Positions 51,610 through 64,000 of a DNA stretch of 64,000 nucleotides are shown piece by piece (position 1 is the stretch's first letter; each line of letters opens with the position of its first letter). This stretch comes from an uncultured Gemmatimonadaceae bacterium (GTDB lineage: Bacteria; Gemmatimonadota; Gemmatimonadetes; Gemmatimonadales; Gemmatimonadaceae). A program made the translations under genes and the position numbers. The stretch lies in the NCBI GenBank assembly GCA_963843845.1, contig CAWJMB010000002.1, positions 1,376,001-1,440,000 of the forward strand, written 5' to 3'. The notes under the pieces were generated by a model. That model made no database searches, was not told the origin of the DNA, and was given only the letters and a program-made list of their open reading frames with translations.

Positions 51610-52595
51610 TCAGGTCGCCTGATAGAGGACTTTCTTCACGGCTGCGATCGTCTTCGCCGCGTCGGGCTTCGCCGCCTTCTCGAGGCTCTTCGCGTAGGGC
51701 ATCGGCACGTCGGCCTGGTGCACGCGGAGCACCGGCGCGTCGAGGTAGTCGAAGCACTCGCGCTGCACGTAATCGACCACCTGCGCGCCGACGCCGGCGA
51801 GCTCCCACCCTTCCTCGAGCACCACGCAGCGATTGGTCTTCCGCACGCTGGCGTAGATCGCCTCGGTGTCCATCGGGCGGATCGTGCGCAGGTCGAGCAC
51901 GTCGGCGCGGATCCCTTCCTTCGCGAGCTGGTCGGCGACGGTCAGCGCGACGAGGATCATCTTGCCGTGCGTGACGATCGTGACGTGGTCCCCTTCGCGC
52001 TTGAGCTCGGCCTTGCCGAACGGGATGACGTACTCCTCCTCGGGCACCTCGCCCTTCGTGGTTGTAGAGCATCTCGCCCTTCGAGGAAGCACACCGGGTT
52101 GTCGTCGCGGATCGCCGCCTTGAGCAGGCCCTTCGCGTCGTACGGCGTGCCGGGCGCGACGACCTTGAGGCCCGGGATGTGCGCGAGCCAGCTCTCCCAC
52201 GCCTGCGAGTGCTGCGCCGACAGCTGCAGCGCCGCGCCGTTCGGCCCGCGGAACACGATCGGGACGTTGTACTGGCCGCCCGACATGTAGAGCATCTTCG
52301 CGGCGGCGTTCACGACCTGGTCGAGCGCGAGCAGCGCGAAGTTCCACGTCATGAACTCGATGATCGGACGGAGCCCGACCATCGCCGCGCCGACGCCGAC
52401 GCCGGCGAAGCCGAGCTCCGTGATCGGCGTGTCGACGACGCGCATCTCGCCGAACTCCTGGAGGAGCCCCTTCGAGACCTTGTAGGCGCCCTGGTAGACG
52501 CCGACTTCCTCGCCCATGAGGAAGACGCGGTCGTCGCGCTGCATCTCTTCGCTCAGCGCCTGGTTCAGCGCGTCGCGGTAGGTGATGACTGGCAT
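51610..52595 (-). CDS. pdhB: Pyruvate dehydrogenase E1 beta; frameshift near 52075
   Basis: [47 protein letters not shown]. Confidence 0.93.
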
Positions 52596-52613
52596 CGCTC
52601 GGTATCCCGGGGC

Positions 52614-53625
<1,012 letters not shown>

Positions 53626-53665
53626 GGGGAGATCCGGGGGTCGGGGCTACCGGGGATCGGACTGT

Positions 53666-54583
53666 CTAGACGGTCGCGGCCTGCGCGGCCTGCACCTGTT
53701 CCCAGGCGTGATAGCTCGAGCGCACGAGCGGCGCGCTCTCGACGTGCTTGAAGCCCATCGCGAGCCCGGCGTCGCGGAACGCGCGGAACTCGTCGGGCGT
53801 GACGTAGCGGTCGAGCGCGACGTGCGAGTCGGACGGACGGAGGTACTGGCCGAGCGTCAGGATGTCGACGTCGACGGCGCGGAGGTCGTGCATGACCGCC
53901 AGCACTTCCTCGTTCGTCTCGCTCATGCCGAGGATCAGGCCCGTCTTCGTGGGGATGTGCGGCGCGATCCGCTTGGACGTGCGGAAGATCTCCATCACGC
54001 GCGCGTAGCGGCCGCCCGGGCGACACTTCTTGTACAGGCGCGGAACGGTCTCGGTGTTGTGATTGTAGATGTCGGGCTCCGCGTCGAGCACGGCCCGGAT
54101 CGACTCCTCGTTCCCCTGGAAGTCGGGCACGAGCACTTCGACCGACGTCTCCGGCATCCGGCGCTTGATCTGTCGGATCGTTTCGGCGAACGCCCAGGCA
54201 CCGAAGTCGGGGAGGTCGTCGCGATCGACCGAGGTCAGCACGACGTGGCGCAGCCCCATCTCGGCGCACGCTTCGGCGACGCGCTCGGGCTCGGCCGGGT
54301 CGAACCTCGGCGGCCGGCCGTGCGCGACAGCGCAGTACGCACAGTTCCGCGTGCACACGTCGCCGAGGATCATGAAGGTGGCAGTGCCGTGCTCCCAACA
54401 CTCGCCGACGTTCGGGCAGCGCGCCTCCTCGCAGACCGTGTGCAGGTCGAGGTCGCGCATCAGTTGCTTCAGGCGGAGGTAGTTCGGGCCGCCCGGCGCT
54501 TTCACCTTCAGCCACGACGGCTTGCGCTCGGGGAGCGGGGCCGCGCGGTGGCGTCCCATGATCTGGTAGAACGTGTCGGCCAT
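53666..54583 (-). CDS. lipA: Lipoyl synthase
   Basis: CEEARCPNVGEC (CX4CX5C), CTRNCAYC (radical SAM), RSSY. Confidence 0.96.
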   Translation of the reverse strand: MADTFYQIMGRHRAAPLPERKPSWLKVKAPGGPNYLRLKQLMRDLDLHTVCEEARCPNVGECWEHGTATFMILGDVCTRNCAYCAVAHGRPPRFDPAEPERVAEACAEMGLRHVVLTSVDRDDLPDFGAWAFAETIRQIKRRMPETSVEVLVPDFQGNEESIRAVLDAEPDIYNHNTETVPRLYKKCRPGGRYARVMEIFRTSKRIAPHIPTKTGLILGMSETNEEVLAVMHDLRAVDVDILTLGQYLRPSDSHVALDRYVTPDEFRAFRDAGLAMGFKHVESAPLVRSSYHAWEQVQAAQAATV

Positions 54584-54706
54584 CTCGATCCGCGGTACGA
54601 GTGCGCTGCCTCTCGCGGCGGAATCTAGGAACAGAAAGCGTCGACCGGTAGCGAACCGTAACCCTCTACGGAGACTTTGAACGGTAGCAGCGTGGCGGAT
54701 GGCAGT

Positions 54707-54733
54707 TGAAACCGCCCTGTCGTCGGTCTCGTA
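54707..54733 (+). promoter_or_regulatory. ECF (SigW-like) promoter candidate
   Basis: TGAAAC-N17-CGTA, 29 nt upstream of the ATG at 54763. Confidence 0.45.
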
Positions 54734-54762
54734 CGCGATGGCAGCCCCGATCGAGAGATTCC

Positions 54763-54987
54763 ATGCTGCGTACTGTCTTCACCATCGGCCTCTTCGCCGT
54801 CCTCGGCCTGCTCGCGCTGAAGCTGGTCTTCGGCATCTTCGGGCCGATCCTCGCTCTGTTCATCTTCCTACTCGTGCTCGCCGCGAAGATCGCCTTCTTC
54901 GGCGTGCTGATCTATCTCGTCATCCGCGTCCTCAGCCCGAACACCGCACAGAAGATTCGCGACCGCTGGTCGGGACGCTCCTTCTGA
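54763..54987 (+). CDS. Small hydrophobic membrane protein (74 aa)
   Basis: Nearly continuous hydrophobic helices and a basic tail, followed by a terminator. Confidence 0.75.
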   Translation: MLRTVFTIGLFAVLGLLALKLVFGIFGPILALFIFLLVLAAKIAFFGVLIYLVIRVLSPNTAQKIRDRWSGRSF

Positions 54988-55008
54988 CCGCGCTCGGGCG
55001 CTGACGCC

Positions 55009-55045
55009 GAAGGGGGAGGAGACCATCATCGTCTCCTCCCCCTTC
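55009..55045. terminator. Stem-loop terminator between convergent genes
   Basis: 15-bp perfect stem GAAGGGGGAGGAGAC / GTCTCCTCCCCCTTC with a 7-nt loop. Confidence 0.8.
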
Positions 55046-55065
55046 TCGCGTTCGGTACCCGACGC

Positions 55066-56725
55066 TCACCCGCCGTCGTCGCCGGACGGCGCGGGGGGTG
55101 GGGTGTCGGTCGGCGCCGCCGCTTCACCCGACGTCTCGCTCTCCGCACCCGGACGACTCCCACGCCGTCGACCGCGACGGGACCGGCGCGCGCGCGGCGG
55201 TCCGGCGCCCGAGTCGTCGCCGACGCCGGCGCCCTCGTCGTCGCCGAGTCCATCAACGCCGTCGGCCGTTGGATCCGAATCGGATCGCGCGGGCTTCGGT
55301 CGCCCCGTCGCCGGTCGCTCGGTCGTTCCGCGCTCACTCGACACGTCGGCGGAAACGTCGCCGGCCGCATCGCCGGCCGCGTCGCCGGCAGCGTCGCCGC
55401 CTCCGTGGTCAGCCGGGCGCCGCCGCTTCCGGCCACGGCGGCTCCGCCGGGCGCGAACCTCCAGGCCGTCTCCAAGCTCACCTGAGTCGCTCTGCTCGCC
55501 GACGAGCTCGTGTCCGCCATGGGGTGGTGAGGCTTGAGCTGACAGCTCCGCGACACCATCCTGCGTGCCGCTGGCGTCGGCTGACTCGCTCGCGAGCGCG
55601 TCGGGTCGCGAGCCGCGTTTCTTTCGGCGCGACCGCGAGCGGCGGCGAGACGCCTCGGACGTGGCGTCCGGCGACGACCCCTCCAACGAGTCGGGTTCGG
55701 CAGGCGAGCGCTCGGCCCGCGGGCTCGCCGGCACTGCGTCGGTTCCGTCCATCGCGAGCGTGAGGCCGGGTCGTTCGTCGCGCGGGCGCCGTTCGCGCCG
55801 CTCCTTCCGTTCGGTCCGTTCGGTTGTGTTCGTCGCGGTCTCGCCGCGCACCGCTCCGTCCGCGTGGCTTCGCCCCTGCGTCGGGCGCGCCGGTCGACTC
55901 GACGACCTCCGCCTGCCCCGTCGAGCGGGCACCGAGGGGTGAGCTCGAGGCGGGCGTCGCCGTCACCCGGGTCGCGATCGGCCCACCGGGGAGCGTGCCG
56001 CCGCGCGCGCGCCACGCGAACCGGGCGAGCGTCCACGCATCAGCGAGCGGACGGATGCGCGACAGTCGCGCCCGCGCGTCGTAGCGCGGCGTGACGGCGA
56101 TGCTCTCGACGCGGCGCACGTGCGGGCGGAGCGCCAGGAGCAGCTCGGCGTTCGCCGATGCGGTGTCGGGGGCAGAGAGCAGTGGACGATCGCCCCGTTC
56201 GCGAAGCAGATCGCGTACGGCGGCGATGCGGATGAGCCGGTAGGTGCTCGTCAGCTCCGCGACACCATCGAGCTTGAGGAACGGGCGGAGCGCCCACCGC
56301 GCCGCGCGCCCGAAGCGACGTGCCGGCGTCGGATCACTCTCCGCGAACTGGCGCTCGGTGACGACCACGTCTGCGCCGCCCTCGAACCGCTTCAGCAGAT
56401 CGGGGATGTCTTCGGGGCGGTCGGTGAAATCGCCCTGCATGAGCACCATCGCGTCGCGCCGGGGGTACGGCGTGCGCTCGGCGACGTAGCGGGCGAGCTG
56501 ATCGACGGCGTAGGCGTAGCCCTGCCGGCGCGCGCCGCGGAGCACGGTGAGCGGCACGACGCGCTCGTAGGGCTCCAGCACCTCGGGCGTGACGTCGGTG
56601 CTGCCGTCGTCGTAGACGACGATCTCGTACTCGCGCGTGAGCTCTTGGAGGGCGCTGCGAATGCGCCAGAGCAGTACGCCGATCGTCGGCGCTTCGTCGT
56701 GAACGGGAATGCAGATGTAGAGCAC
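55066..56725 (-). CDS. GT2 (DPM1-like) glycosyltransferase with a long charged disordered tail; frameshift near 55884
   Basis: CIPVHDE, VYDDGSTD, MQGDFTDRPEDIP, GADVV. The tail in ORF 55066..55932 joins if one base of the GGG run near 55884 is removed. Confidence 0.8.
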
Positions 56726-56929
56726 GAATGTCGGGCGGGAGCGCGGGAACGACGCGCGCGAAAGCTACCCGTACTGCCGGGGGCGCCGCCACGCCCGGAG
56801 ACGCTGCCGACCGGCGGCACGACGGCCGCGACGCTGCCGCGCATCGCGCGGTTGCGAGCGTCGACGACCGACCGGTAACATCCGCCACACCCACGCTGTG
56901 CTCGCCACGTATCGCCCTCGACTCCGGCC

Positions 56930-57496
56930 ATGTTCGACCAACTGCGCGCCTCGATCCGCACGCTGCTCGACAACGCCACCCCGCCGGCCGACCGCCGCGA
57001 GACGGTGTACGCGTTGAAGGAGGCGCTCGTGCACGCGAGGCTCGGCGTCGGCGATCTCAGAACGGCCGTCGCCGAGGCCCGCGCGCGTGCCGAGGCCGGA
57101 CGGGCGGAGCTCGACACGATCCGGCGGCGGAAGGCGCTCGCTGCCGGAATCCACGACGCCGAGACGGTGACGGTCGCCGAGCGGTTCGAAGCGCTGCAGG
57201 CCGAGCGCGTCGAAGTGCTCGGCCGAAAGCTGGACGCACAGGAGCGTGAGTTGGCGCTCGCCGAACGCGAGCTCGCCGAGATGAGCGCCGATTTCCGGCG
57301 TGCCGTCTCGGGAATCGACCGTGGTGCGCCGGCGATGGGCGGCGACCCACACCAGCACGCGGCGAACGCGGAAGTCGACGCGCTGCTCGGCGACGACGAC
57401 GGAATGGACCGCGAGCGGCGCGCCGCGGCACGTGCGCAGCGCTCCTCGGATGCCGACGCGCGGCTGGCCGAGCTGAAACGGCGGATGGGGAAGTGA
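56930..57496 (+). CDS. PspA/IM30-like coiled-coil protein
   Basis: All-helical heptad pattern, amphipathic N-terminus MFDQLRASIRTLL, C-terminal ADARLAELKRRMGK. Confidence 0.55.
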   Translation: MFDQLRASIRTLLDNATPPADRRETVYALKEALVHARLGVGDLRTAVAEARARAEAGRAELDTIRRRKALAAGIHDAETVTVAERFEALQAERVEVLGRKLDAQERELALAERELAEMSADFRRAVSGIDRGAPAMGGDPHQHAANAEVDALLGDDDGMDRERRAAARAQRSSDADARLAELKRRMGK

Positions 57497-59268
57497 GGCG
57501 ACGGGCAGTCCGCCGCCGCGTCGCGGTCGGCGTCGTCGGATTGACCGCGTCGCACGCTGGCGCGGTGCGAGCGCAGAGTCAGGACAGCGTGCCGCGCCGC
57601 ACGCCGATCGAGTGCAGCGGGCAGCGCGTGAGCGACGTCGTGGTCCTGACGCAGTCGCCCTACGCGAGCGCCATGCTGCGCCGCGTCGCGTTCGTCGAGC
57701 GGACCGTCCGCAAGCTCCACGCGACGACGCGCCCCGAGATCATCGAGCGCTTCCTGTTGCTGAGACGGGGCGACCGGTGCGACGAGCTGCGGCGCTCCGA
57801 GAGCGAGCGCATCCTGCGCACGCAGCCCTATCTCGTCGACGCGCGGATCACGCCGTACCCGGACGGACGCGGTGGCGTGATTCTCCAGGTCGAGACACGC
57901 GACGAGTTCTCGACGATCATCGCCGCCGCGGTCCGCACGCGGGCGCCGATCGTGACCGTGCTGCGGCTCGGCGAGGCGAATCTCGCCGGACGGGCGGTGT
58001 ACGTGTCCGGACTGTGGCGCGACAACGGCCCCGCCTATCGCGACGGCTACGCGGTCCGGCTGACGGACTACCAGTTCATGCGCCGGCCGTACCAGCTGAA
58101 CGCCTTCGCCGAGCGACGGCGGGTCGGCGAGGCGTGGTGGGCCGACCTCACGCACCCGTACTACACGGACCTGCAGCGCGTCGCGTGGCGTGCGGTCGTC
58201 GGCAACAGCAACGAGTTCCTCGAGCTCACCCGACCGCACACCCGTCCGAACGCCCTGTTCTATCGACTCGGCTACGCGTCGGTCGGCGCCGTGGGACGGA
58301 TCGGGGTGCCGGGGCGACTCAGCCTCTTCGGCGTGTCGATGTCGACGGAGCAGGTGAGCGCGGAGGCGCGTGTGCGCGTGCTCACCGATTCGGGCGTGGT
58401 GCCGGACGCCGGGCCGCCGCTCGGCTTCGCTCCGCGCGCGCGCTACCAGGATCAGCAGTCGACACGGCTCAACATGCTCTGGGGCGTGCGCAACGTGCGC
58501 TTCCTGGGCGCGACGGGGTTCGACGCGTTGACCGGCCGGCAGGACGTGCGGCGCGGCTTCCAGGTGGGGACCGTGTTCGGCCGCGGGCTCGCCGCGTTCG
58601 GCTCGCGCGACGACGACCTGTTCGTCGGGGCGGACGCGTACGTCGGCATGGGGAGCGCGCAGTCGTTCCTCGCCGGAACGGTGAAGGCGGAAGGGCGTCT
58701 CGACTACAACACGGACCGGTGGGAAGGCGTCGTCGTGTCGGGGCGCGCCGCATGGTATGTCGTGCCCGGGGCGCGCGTCCGGACGATCGCGAGCACGGAG
58801 TACGCCGGCGGCTGGCGCCCGCGCGTGCCGATGCAGTTCGCGTTGGGGGCGGTCGACGGCGGGGTGCGCGGCTACCGCGACGCACTCGTCGCGGGCGGGC
58901 AGCGGGTCGTGACGCGGCTCGAGCAGCGCGTGGTGGTCGGCGCGCCGTTCGGTCTCGGCGACGTCGGCGTCGCGCTGTTCGGCGACGCGGGGCGGACGTT
59001 CGCGAGCGACGCGCCCTACGGAGTGACGTCGCCGATGCGCGCCTCGGTCGGCGTCGGCCTGCTCGGGGCGTTTCCCCCGCGATCGCGGCGGCTGTTCCGC
59101 GTCGACGTGGCGGTTCCGTTGACGCGGGAGCCAGGGGCGAACCGATTTCAACTGCTCGTGTCGAGTCGGGATCTGACGAGGTCGTTCTGGCGCGAGCCGC
59201 GGGACGTGGAGCGCGGGCGGGAGCAGGCGGTGAACGCGTCGATCTTCAACTGGCCGACGCCGCGCTGA
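57493..59268 (+). CDS. Omp85/BamA-TamA-like outer-membrane protein (POTRA-like + barrel)
   Basis: TRPEIIERFLLLRRGD...ESERILR (POTRA-like), EANLAGRA, GGVRGY, ALFGDAG, SVGVGL, RVDVAVPL; GTGA overlap with the upstream gene. Confidence 0.72.
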   Translation: MRRRAVRRRVAVGVVGLTASHAGAVRAQSQDSVPRRTPIECSGQRVSDVVVLTQSPYASAMLRRVAFVERTVRKLHATTRPEIIERFLLLRRGDRCDELRRSESERILRTQPYLVDARITPYPDGRGGVILQVETRDEFSTIIAAAVRTRAPIVTVLRLGEANLAGRAVYVSGLWRDNGPAYRDGYAVRLTDYQFMRRPYQLNAFAERRRVGEAWWADLTHPYYTDLQRVAWRAVVGNSNEFLELTRPHTRPNALFYRLGYASVGAVGRIGVPGRLSLFGVSMSTEQVSAEARVRVLTDSGVVPDAGPPLGFAPRARYQDQQSTRLNMLWGVRNVRFLGATGFDALTGRQDVRRGFQVGTVFGRGLAAFGSRDDDLFVGADAYVGMGSAQSFLAGTVKAEGRLDYNTDRWEGVVVSGRAAWYVVPGARVRTIASTEYAGGWRPRVPMQFALGAVDGGVRGYRDALVAGGQRVVTRLEQRVVVGAPFGLGDVGVALFGDAGRTFASDAPYGVTSPMRASVGVGLLGAFPPRSRRLFRVDVAVPLTREPGANRFQLLVSSRDLTRSFWREPRDVERGREQAVNASIFNWPTPR

Positions 59269-59274
59269 TCGCCG

Positions 59275-60864
59275 TCAGGCGCGCGTCGGCGACGTGGCCA
59301 TCATCTGTCGGATCGGCACGATCAGCGCCGCGATGATCGCCGCGGACACGAACAGCGCGACCGTCGTCCACGTGAACAGCGCGGGCGTCTGCTCGAGCTT
59401 CTCCGGGTCGACCCGCCCGCCGACCAGCCCGGCGATCAGGTTGCCGACCGACGTCGCGAGGAACCAGACGCCCATCATCTGCCCGACGAACTTGCGCGGC
59501 GCGAGCTTCGTCATCGACGACAGGCCGACGGGGCTGATCGACAGCTCACCGAACGTCTGGAAGAGGTAGCTCACGATGAGCCACCACGGCGAGACCTTCA
59601 GCGTGCCGCCGCTCTCGACGAGCGCGTTCGCCGCGATGATCATGATGCCGAACCCGAGCCCCGTGATCGCGAGTCCGAAGGCGAACTTCGCGGGGCTCGA
59701 CAGATCGATGCCGCGCCGGGCGAGCCCGAGCCAGAGCGCCGCGAACACCGGCGCGAAGATGATGATGAACGCCGAGTTCACCGACTGGAACGCGGTCGCC
59801 GGCACGTCGATGCCGAACATGCGGCGGTCGGTGAAGTCGCGCGCGAACAGGTTGAGCGACGTCGGTGCCTGCTCGAACGCGGCCCAGAAGACGGCGGCGA
59901 AGACGAACAGGACGAACACGACGGCGATGCGCTTCTTCTCGTCGCCGTTCAGCCCCGCGCCCAGGAACAGGTAGCCGAAGTAGAGCACGGCGATCGAGCC
60001 GAGGATCACGGTCATGCTGCGCGCGATCGTCGGGGCGTCGATCGTCACGACGCCGACCGCCGCGAGCACGACCGCGAGCGCGAGCAGCCCGAGCCCGGCG
60101 GCGAGCGCGACGGTCCCACGGCGGCGCTGTCGCGCGTCGGTCGCCGGGTCGGGGTGGCGCGACCGCTCGCTGCCTAACGATCCGAGCGTGCGAGGGGAGA
60201 AGACGCTGAACGTCAGCAGGCCGACGAACATCCCGATCCCTGCGACGCCGAACCCCCAGTGCCAGCTCACGTTCTCCCCGAGCGCGCCCGCGACGAGCTG
60301 ACCGAGGAACGCGCCGAGGTTGATCCCCATGTAGAAGATCGAGAAGCCGGCGTCGCGGCGCGCGCCCCCCTCCGGGTACAGATCGCCGACCATCGCCGAG
60401 ATGTTCGGCTTGAGGAGGCCGGTGCCGAGCACGATGAGGATGAGCCCGACGAAGAACGGCGTCTTGCTCACCGCGAACCCCGAGAGCCCGATCGACAGGT
60501 GGCCGAGGGTGATGAGCACCGCGCCGATGAGCACCGCGCGCCGCAGGCCGAAGAGCCGATCGGCGACCCATCCCCCCGGGAGCGACGAGAGGTAGACGCT
60601 CGCCGCGTAGATGCCGACGATCGGCGCCGCCTGCTCGCGCGCGAAGCCGAAGCCGCCGTCGGTGATCGCCGCCGTCATGAAGAGGATGAGCAGCGGGCGG
60701 ATCCCATAGAACGAGAACCGCTCCCACATCTCGGTCGTGAACAGCGTCGCGAGCCCGCGCGGGTGACCGAAGAAGCCGCGGTCGGGAACGCCCGGCGGGA
60801 GATCGGTCGTCGTCGCGCCGATCTGGTCGCGCCGCGTCGGGCGCTCGGGAACCGTTGCGCTCAC
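59275..60864 (-). CDS. POT/PTR proton-dependent oligopeptide transporter (MFS)
   Basis: [53 protein letters not shown] start overlaps the oppF TGA. Confidence 0.93.
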   Translation of the reverse strand: MSATVPERPTRRDQIGATTTDLPPGVPDRGFFGHPRGLATLFTTEMWERFSFYGIRPLLILFMTAAITDGGFGFAREQAAPIVGIYAASVYLSSLPGGWVADRLFGLRRAVLIGAVLITLGHLSIGLSGFAVSKTPFFVGLILIVLGTGLLKPNISAMVGDLYPEGGARRDAGFSIFYMGINLGAFLGQLVAGALGENVSWHWGFGVAGIGMFVGLLTFSVFSPRTLGSLGSERSRHPDPATDARQRRRGTVALAAGLGLLALAVVLAAVGVVTIDAPTIARSMTVILGSIAVLYFGYLFLGAGLNGDEKKRIAVVFVLFVFAAVFWAAFEQAPTSLNLFARDFTDRRMFGIDVPATAFQSVNSAFIIIFAPVFAALWLGLARRGIDLSSPAKFAFGLAITGLGFGIMIIAANALVESGGTLKVSPWWLIVSYLFQTFGELSISPVGLSSMTKLAPRKFVGQMMGVWFLATSVGNLIAGLVGGRVDPEKLEQTPALFTWTTVALFVSAAIIAALIVPIRQMMATSPTRA

Positions 60865-61894
60865 GGAGAGGGGGCTTGAGGATGTGGGATGGTCGACGGC
60901 TGCTTGATGCACGCCGCCCAGTGCCCGGGTCGCTTCTCTTCGAGCGGCGGCACGATCTGCGTGCACGCCGCGTCTTTCGCCGGATGGAAGCAGCGAGGAT
61001 GGAAGACGCAGCCGCTCGGCGGGTTCGCCGGCGAGGGCGGGTCCCCCTGGAGCACGATCCGCTGGCGCCGGCCACCCGGCTTCGGCACCGGAATCGCCGA
61101 GAGCAGCGCCTGCGTGTAGGGCATGAGCGGCTCACGGTAGAGCGCTTCCGCCGTCGTGATCTCGACGATCCGGCCGAGGTACATGACGGCGACGCGATCG
61201 GCGACGTGCTCGACGACGCTCAGGTCGTGCGCGATGAAGAGATACGAGAGGCCCCGTTCGCGCTGTAAGTCGCGCAGCAGATTGATCACCTGCGCCTGTA
61301 CCGAGACGTCGAGCGCCGAGACCGGCTCGTCGCAGACGATGAGCTGCGGCTCGACGGCGAGCGCCCGCGCGATACCCACGCGCTGCCGCTGGCCGCCCGA
61401 GAACTCGTGCGGGTAGCGCGACGCGTACTCGGGGCGGAGGCCCACTTCGTCGAGCAGCTCGCGCACGCGGCGGTCGGCCGCGGCGCCCTCGGCGAGCTCG
61501 TGGATGGTGAGGCCCTCGCGCACCGTCGCCCCGATCGTCATGCGCGGGTTCAGCGAGGAGAACGGATCCTGGAAGATGATCTGCATGCGCCGCCGCATCC
61601 GGCGCAGGTCGCCCGAGCCCAACGTCAGCACGTCCACGCCGCCGAAGCGGACGGAGCCGCTCGTCGGCTCGATGAGGCGGAGGATGCAGCGTCCGGTCGT
61701 CGTCTTGCCGCAGCCGCTCTCTCCGACGACGCCGAGCGTCTCGCCGGGCATGACATCGAACGACACGCCCTGGACGGCGCGGACCGCGCCGCCCGCGCGG
61801 CCGAAGAACCCCTTCCTGATCGGGAAGTGCTTCGCGAGGTCGCGGACCTCGAGCAGCGGCGCGGTCGCGTTCGGCAGAGTCGATCGGTCGGCCG

Positions 61895-61898
<4 letters not shown>
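60861..61898 (-). CDS. oppF: Oligopeptide ABC transporter ATP-binding subunit
   Basis: [49 protein letters not shown]. Confidence 0.92.
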
Positions 61899-62917
<1,019 letters not shown>

Positions 62918-62927
62918 GGCGAAGAAG

Positions 62928-63764
62928 TTAGAGCTCGCGCGGGTCGAGCGCATCGCGCAGGGCGTCGCCGAGGACGTTGACGGCGAGCACGGTGAGGATG
63001 ACGAGCATCGCCGGCGCCGCCGTCGTCCACCAGGCGCCAGGGAGCGTCTCGAAGCCGTCCTGCATGATGCTCCCCCAGCTCGCCTGCGGCGGGGCGATCC
63101 CCAGACCGAGGTACGAGAGCCCGGCCTCGAGGGCGATGACGTTCGCCACGGCGAGCGTCGTCGTCACGAGCAGGAGCGGCACGAGCTGGGGCACGATGTG
63201 GCGACGCAGGATCGACACGCCGGGGGTGCCCAACGCGCGCGCGGCGTGGACGTAGTCGCGCTCGCGCAGCACGCGCGTCTGGTCACGCGCGAGGCGGCTC
63301 GTCGCGAACCAGCCCGTGGCGGCGAGGAGCACCACGAGCGTCGGGATCTGCACGCGTCCCCAGAGCGCGACGACCGCGAGGAGCAGCAGCACGCGGGGAA
63401 TGCCGAGGCACACGTCGACGGCCCGCATCAGCGCCGTGTCGACCGCGCCGCCGACCCAGCCGGCGAGGGCGCCGTACGCCGTCCCCACCGTCGACGCGAG
63501 GAGCGCCGAGGCGACGCCGATGCCGAGCGAGACGCGCGCGCCGTACAGCACGCGGCTGAGCACGTCGCGGCTGAACGAGTCGGTGCCTAACGGATGCGCC
63601 AGCGTCGGCGGCCGGTTCCTGAGCGCGACGATGTCGAGCTGCGCGTTCGGGTCGAACGCGGCGAGCCACGGCGCGGCCACCGCGACCAGCGTGAGCACGC
63701 CGAGCACGGCGAGGGCGACGAGGGCGACGGGGTCGCGTCGCAGGCGCACGAGCAGGACGTTCAC
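62928..63764 (-). CDS. oppC: Oligopeptide ABC transporter permease
   Basis: HPLGTDSFSRDVLSRVLYGARVSL, YVHAARALG, EAGLSYLGLG, GDALRDALDP. Confidence 0.9.
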   Translation of the reverse strand: MNVLLVRLRRDPVALVALAVLGVLTLVAVAAPWLAAFDPNAQLDIVALRNRPPTLAHPLGTDSFSRDVLSRVLYGARVSLGIGVASALLASTVGTAYGALAGWVGGAVDTALMRAVDVCLGIPRVLLLLAVVALWGRVQIPTLVVLLAATGWFATSRLARDQTRVLRERDYVHAARALGTPGVSILRRHIVPQLVPLLLVTTTLAVANVIALEAGLSYLGLGIAPPQASWGSIMQDGFETLPGAWWTTAAPAMLVILTVLAVNVLGDALRDALDPREL

Positions 63765-63771
63765 CGCGTGC

Positions 63772-64000
63772 TCATCCGGCGTCGCGAACGCGCGGGTCGA
63801 GCCGCGCATGCAGCAGCTCGGCCAGGATCGCGCCGAACGTCACGGCAGCGCTGCCGAGGATGACGACGCCGCTCACCAGCGGATAGTCGCGGCCCTTCAC
63901 TGCGCCGACGGCGAGCAACCCCATGCCGTTCCACGAGAACACCGACTCGATGAACACGACGCCCCCGACGACGGCCGGGAGCGCGAGCCCGGCGAGGGTG
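63772..64000 (-). CDS. oppB: Oligopeptide ABC transporter permease, C-terminal part (runs off the window)
   Basis: IESVFSWNGMG, RDYPLV, LDPRVR. Confidence 0.85.
   Translation of the reverse strand, partial: TLAGLALPAVVGGVVFIESVFSWNGMGLLAVGAVKGRDYPLVSGVVILGSAAVTFGAILAELLHARLDPRVRDAG

Overview
A 64 kb, very GC-rich (about 70% by eye), gene-dense bacterial segment. The gene content (SusC/SusD pairs, ASPIC/UnbV FG-GAP protein, CarboxypepD_reg/plug proteins, waaA, dnaE-accA-ricT-metG, lipA-pdhABC, lpdA-lipB) suggests Gemmatimonadota; this is inferred, not from a search. It holds two SusCD loci with no glycoside hydrolases, several secreted metallopeptidases, Opp and POT peptide uptake, a PDH/lipoate cluster split by an 8.6 kb SusCD block, c-di-GMP signalling genes and envelope genes. 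I saw no rRNA, tRNA, CRISPR array, transposase or integrase. Two stretches (about 16.9-24.3 kb and 51.1-53.3 kb) carry many indels in core genes and are most likely sequencing errors. The most notable signals are: (1) a dispersed heptamer GTTAGGC, 9 copies by manual scan, accounting for most of the otherwise very rare TTA codons and CTAA/TTAG tetramers, which suggests a DNA-level signal (Chi-, uptake- or protein-binding-type); (2) a family of barrel-less TonB-plug proteins, three with a conserved Cys pair, flanking both SusCD loci; (3) leaderless and pyrimidine-leader translation starts; (4) RNase E-like Arg-rich disordered tails on RicT and a GT2 enzyme. All counts are by eye and all product calls are from recognised motifs, not database searches.
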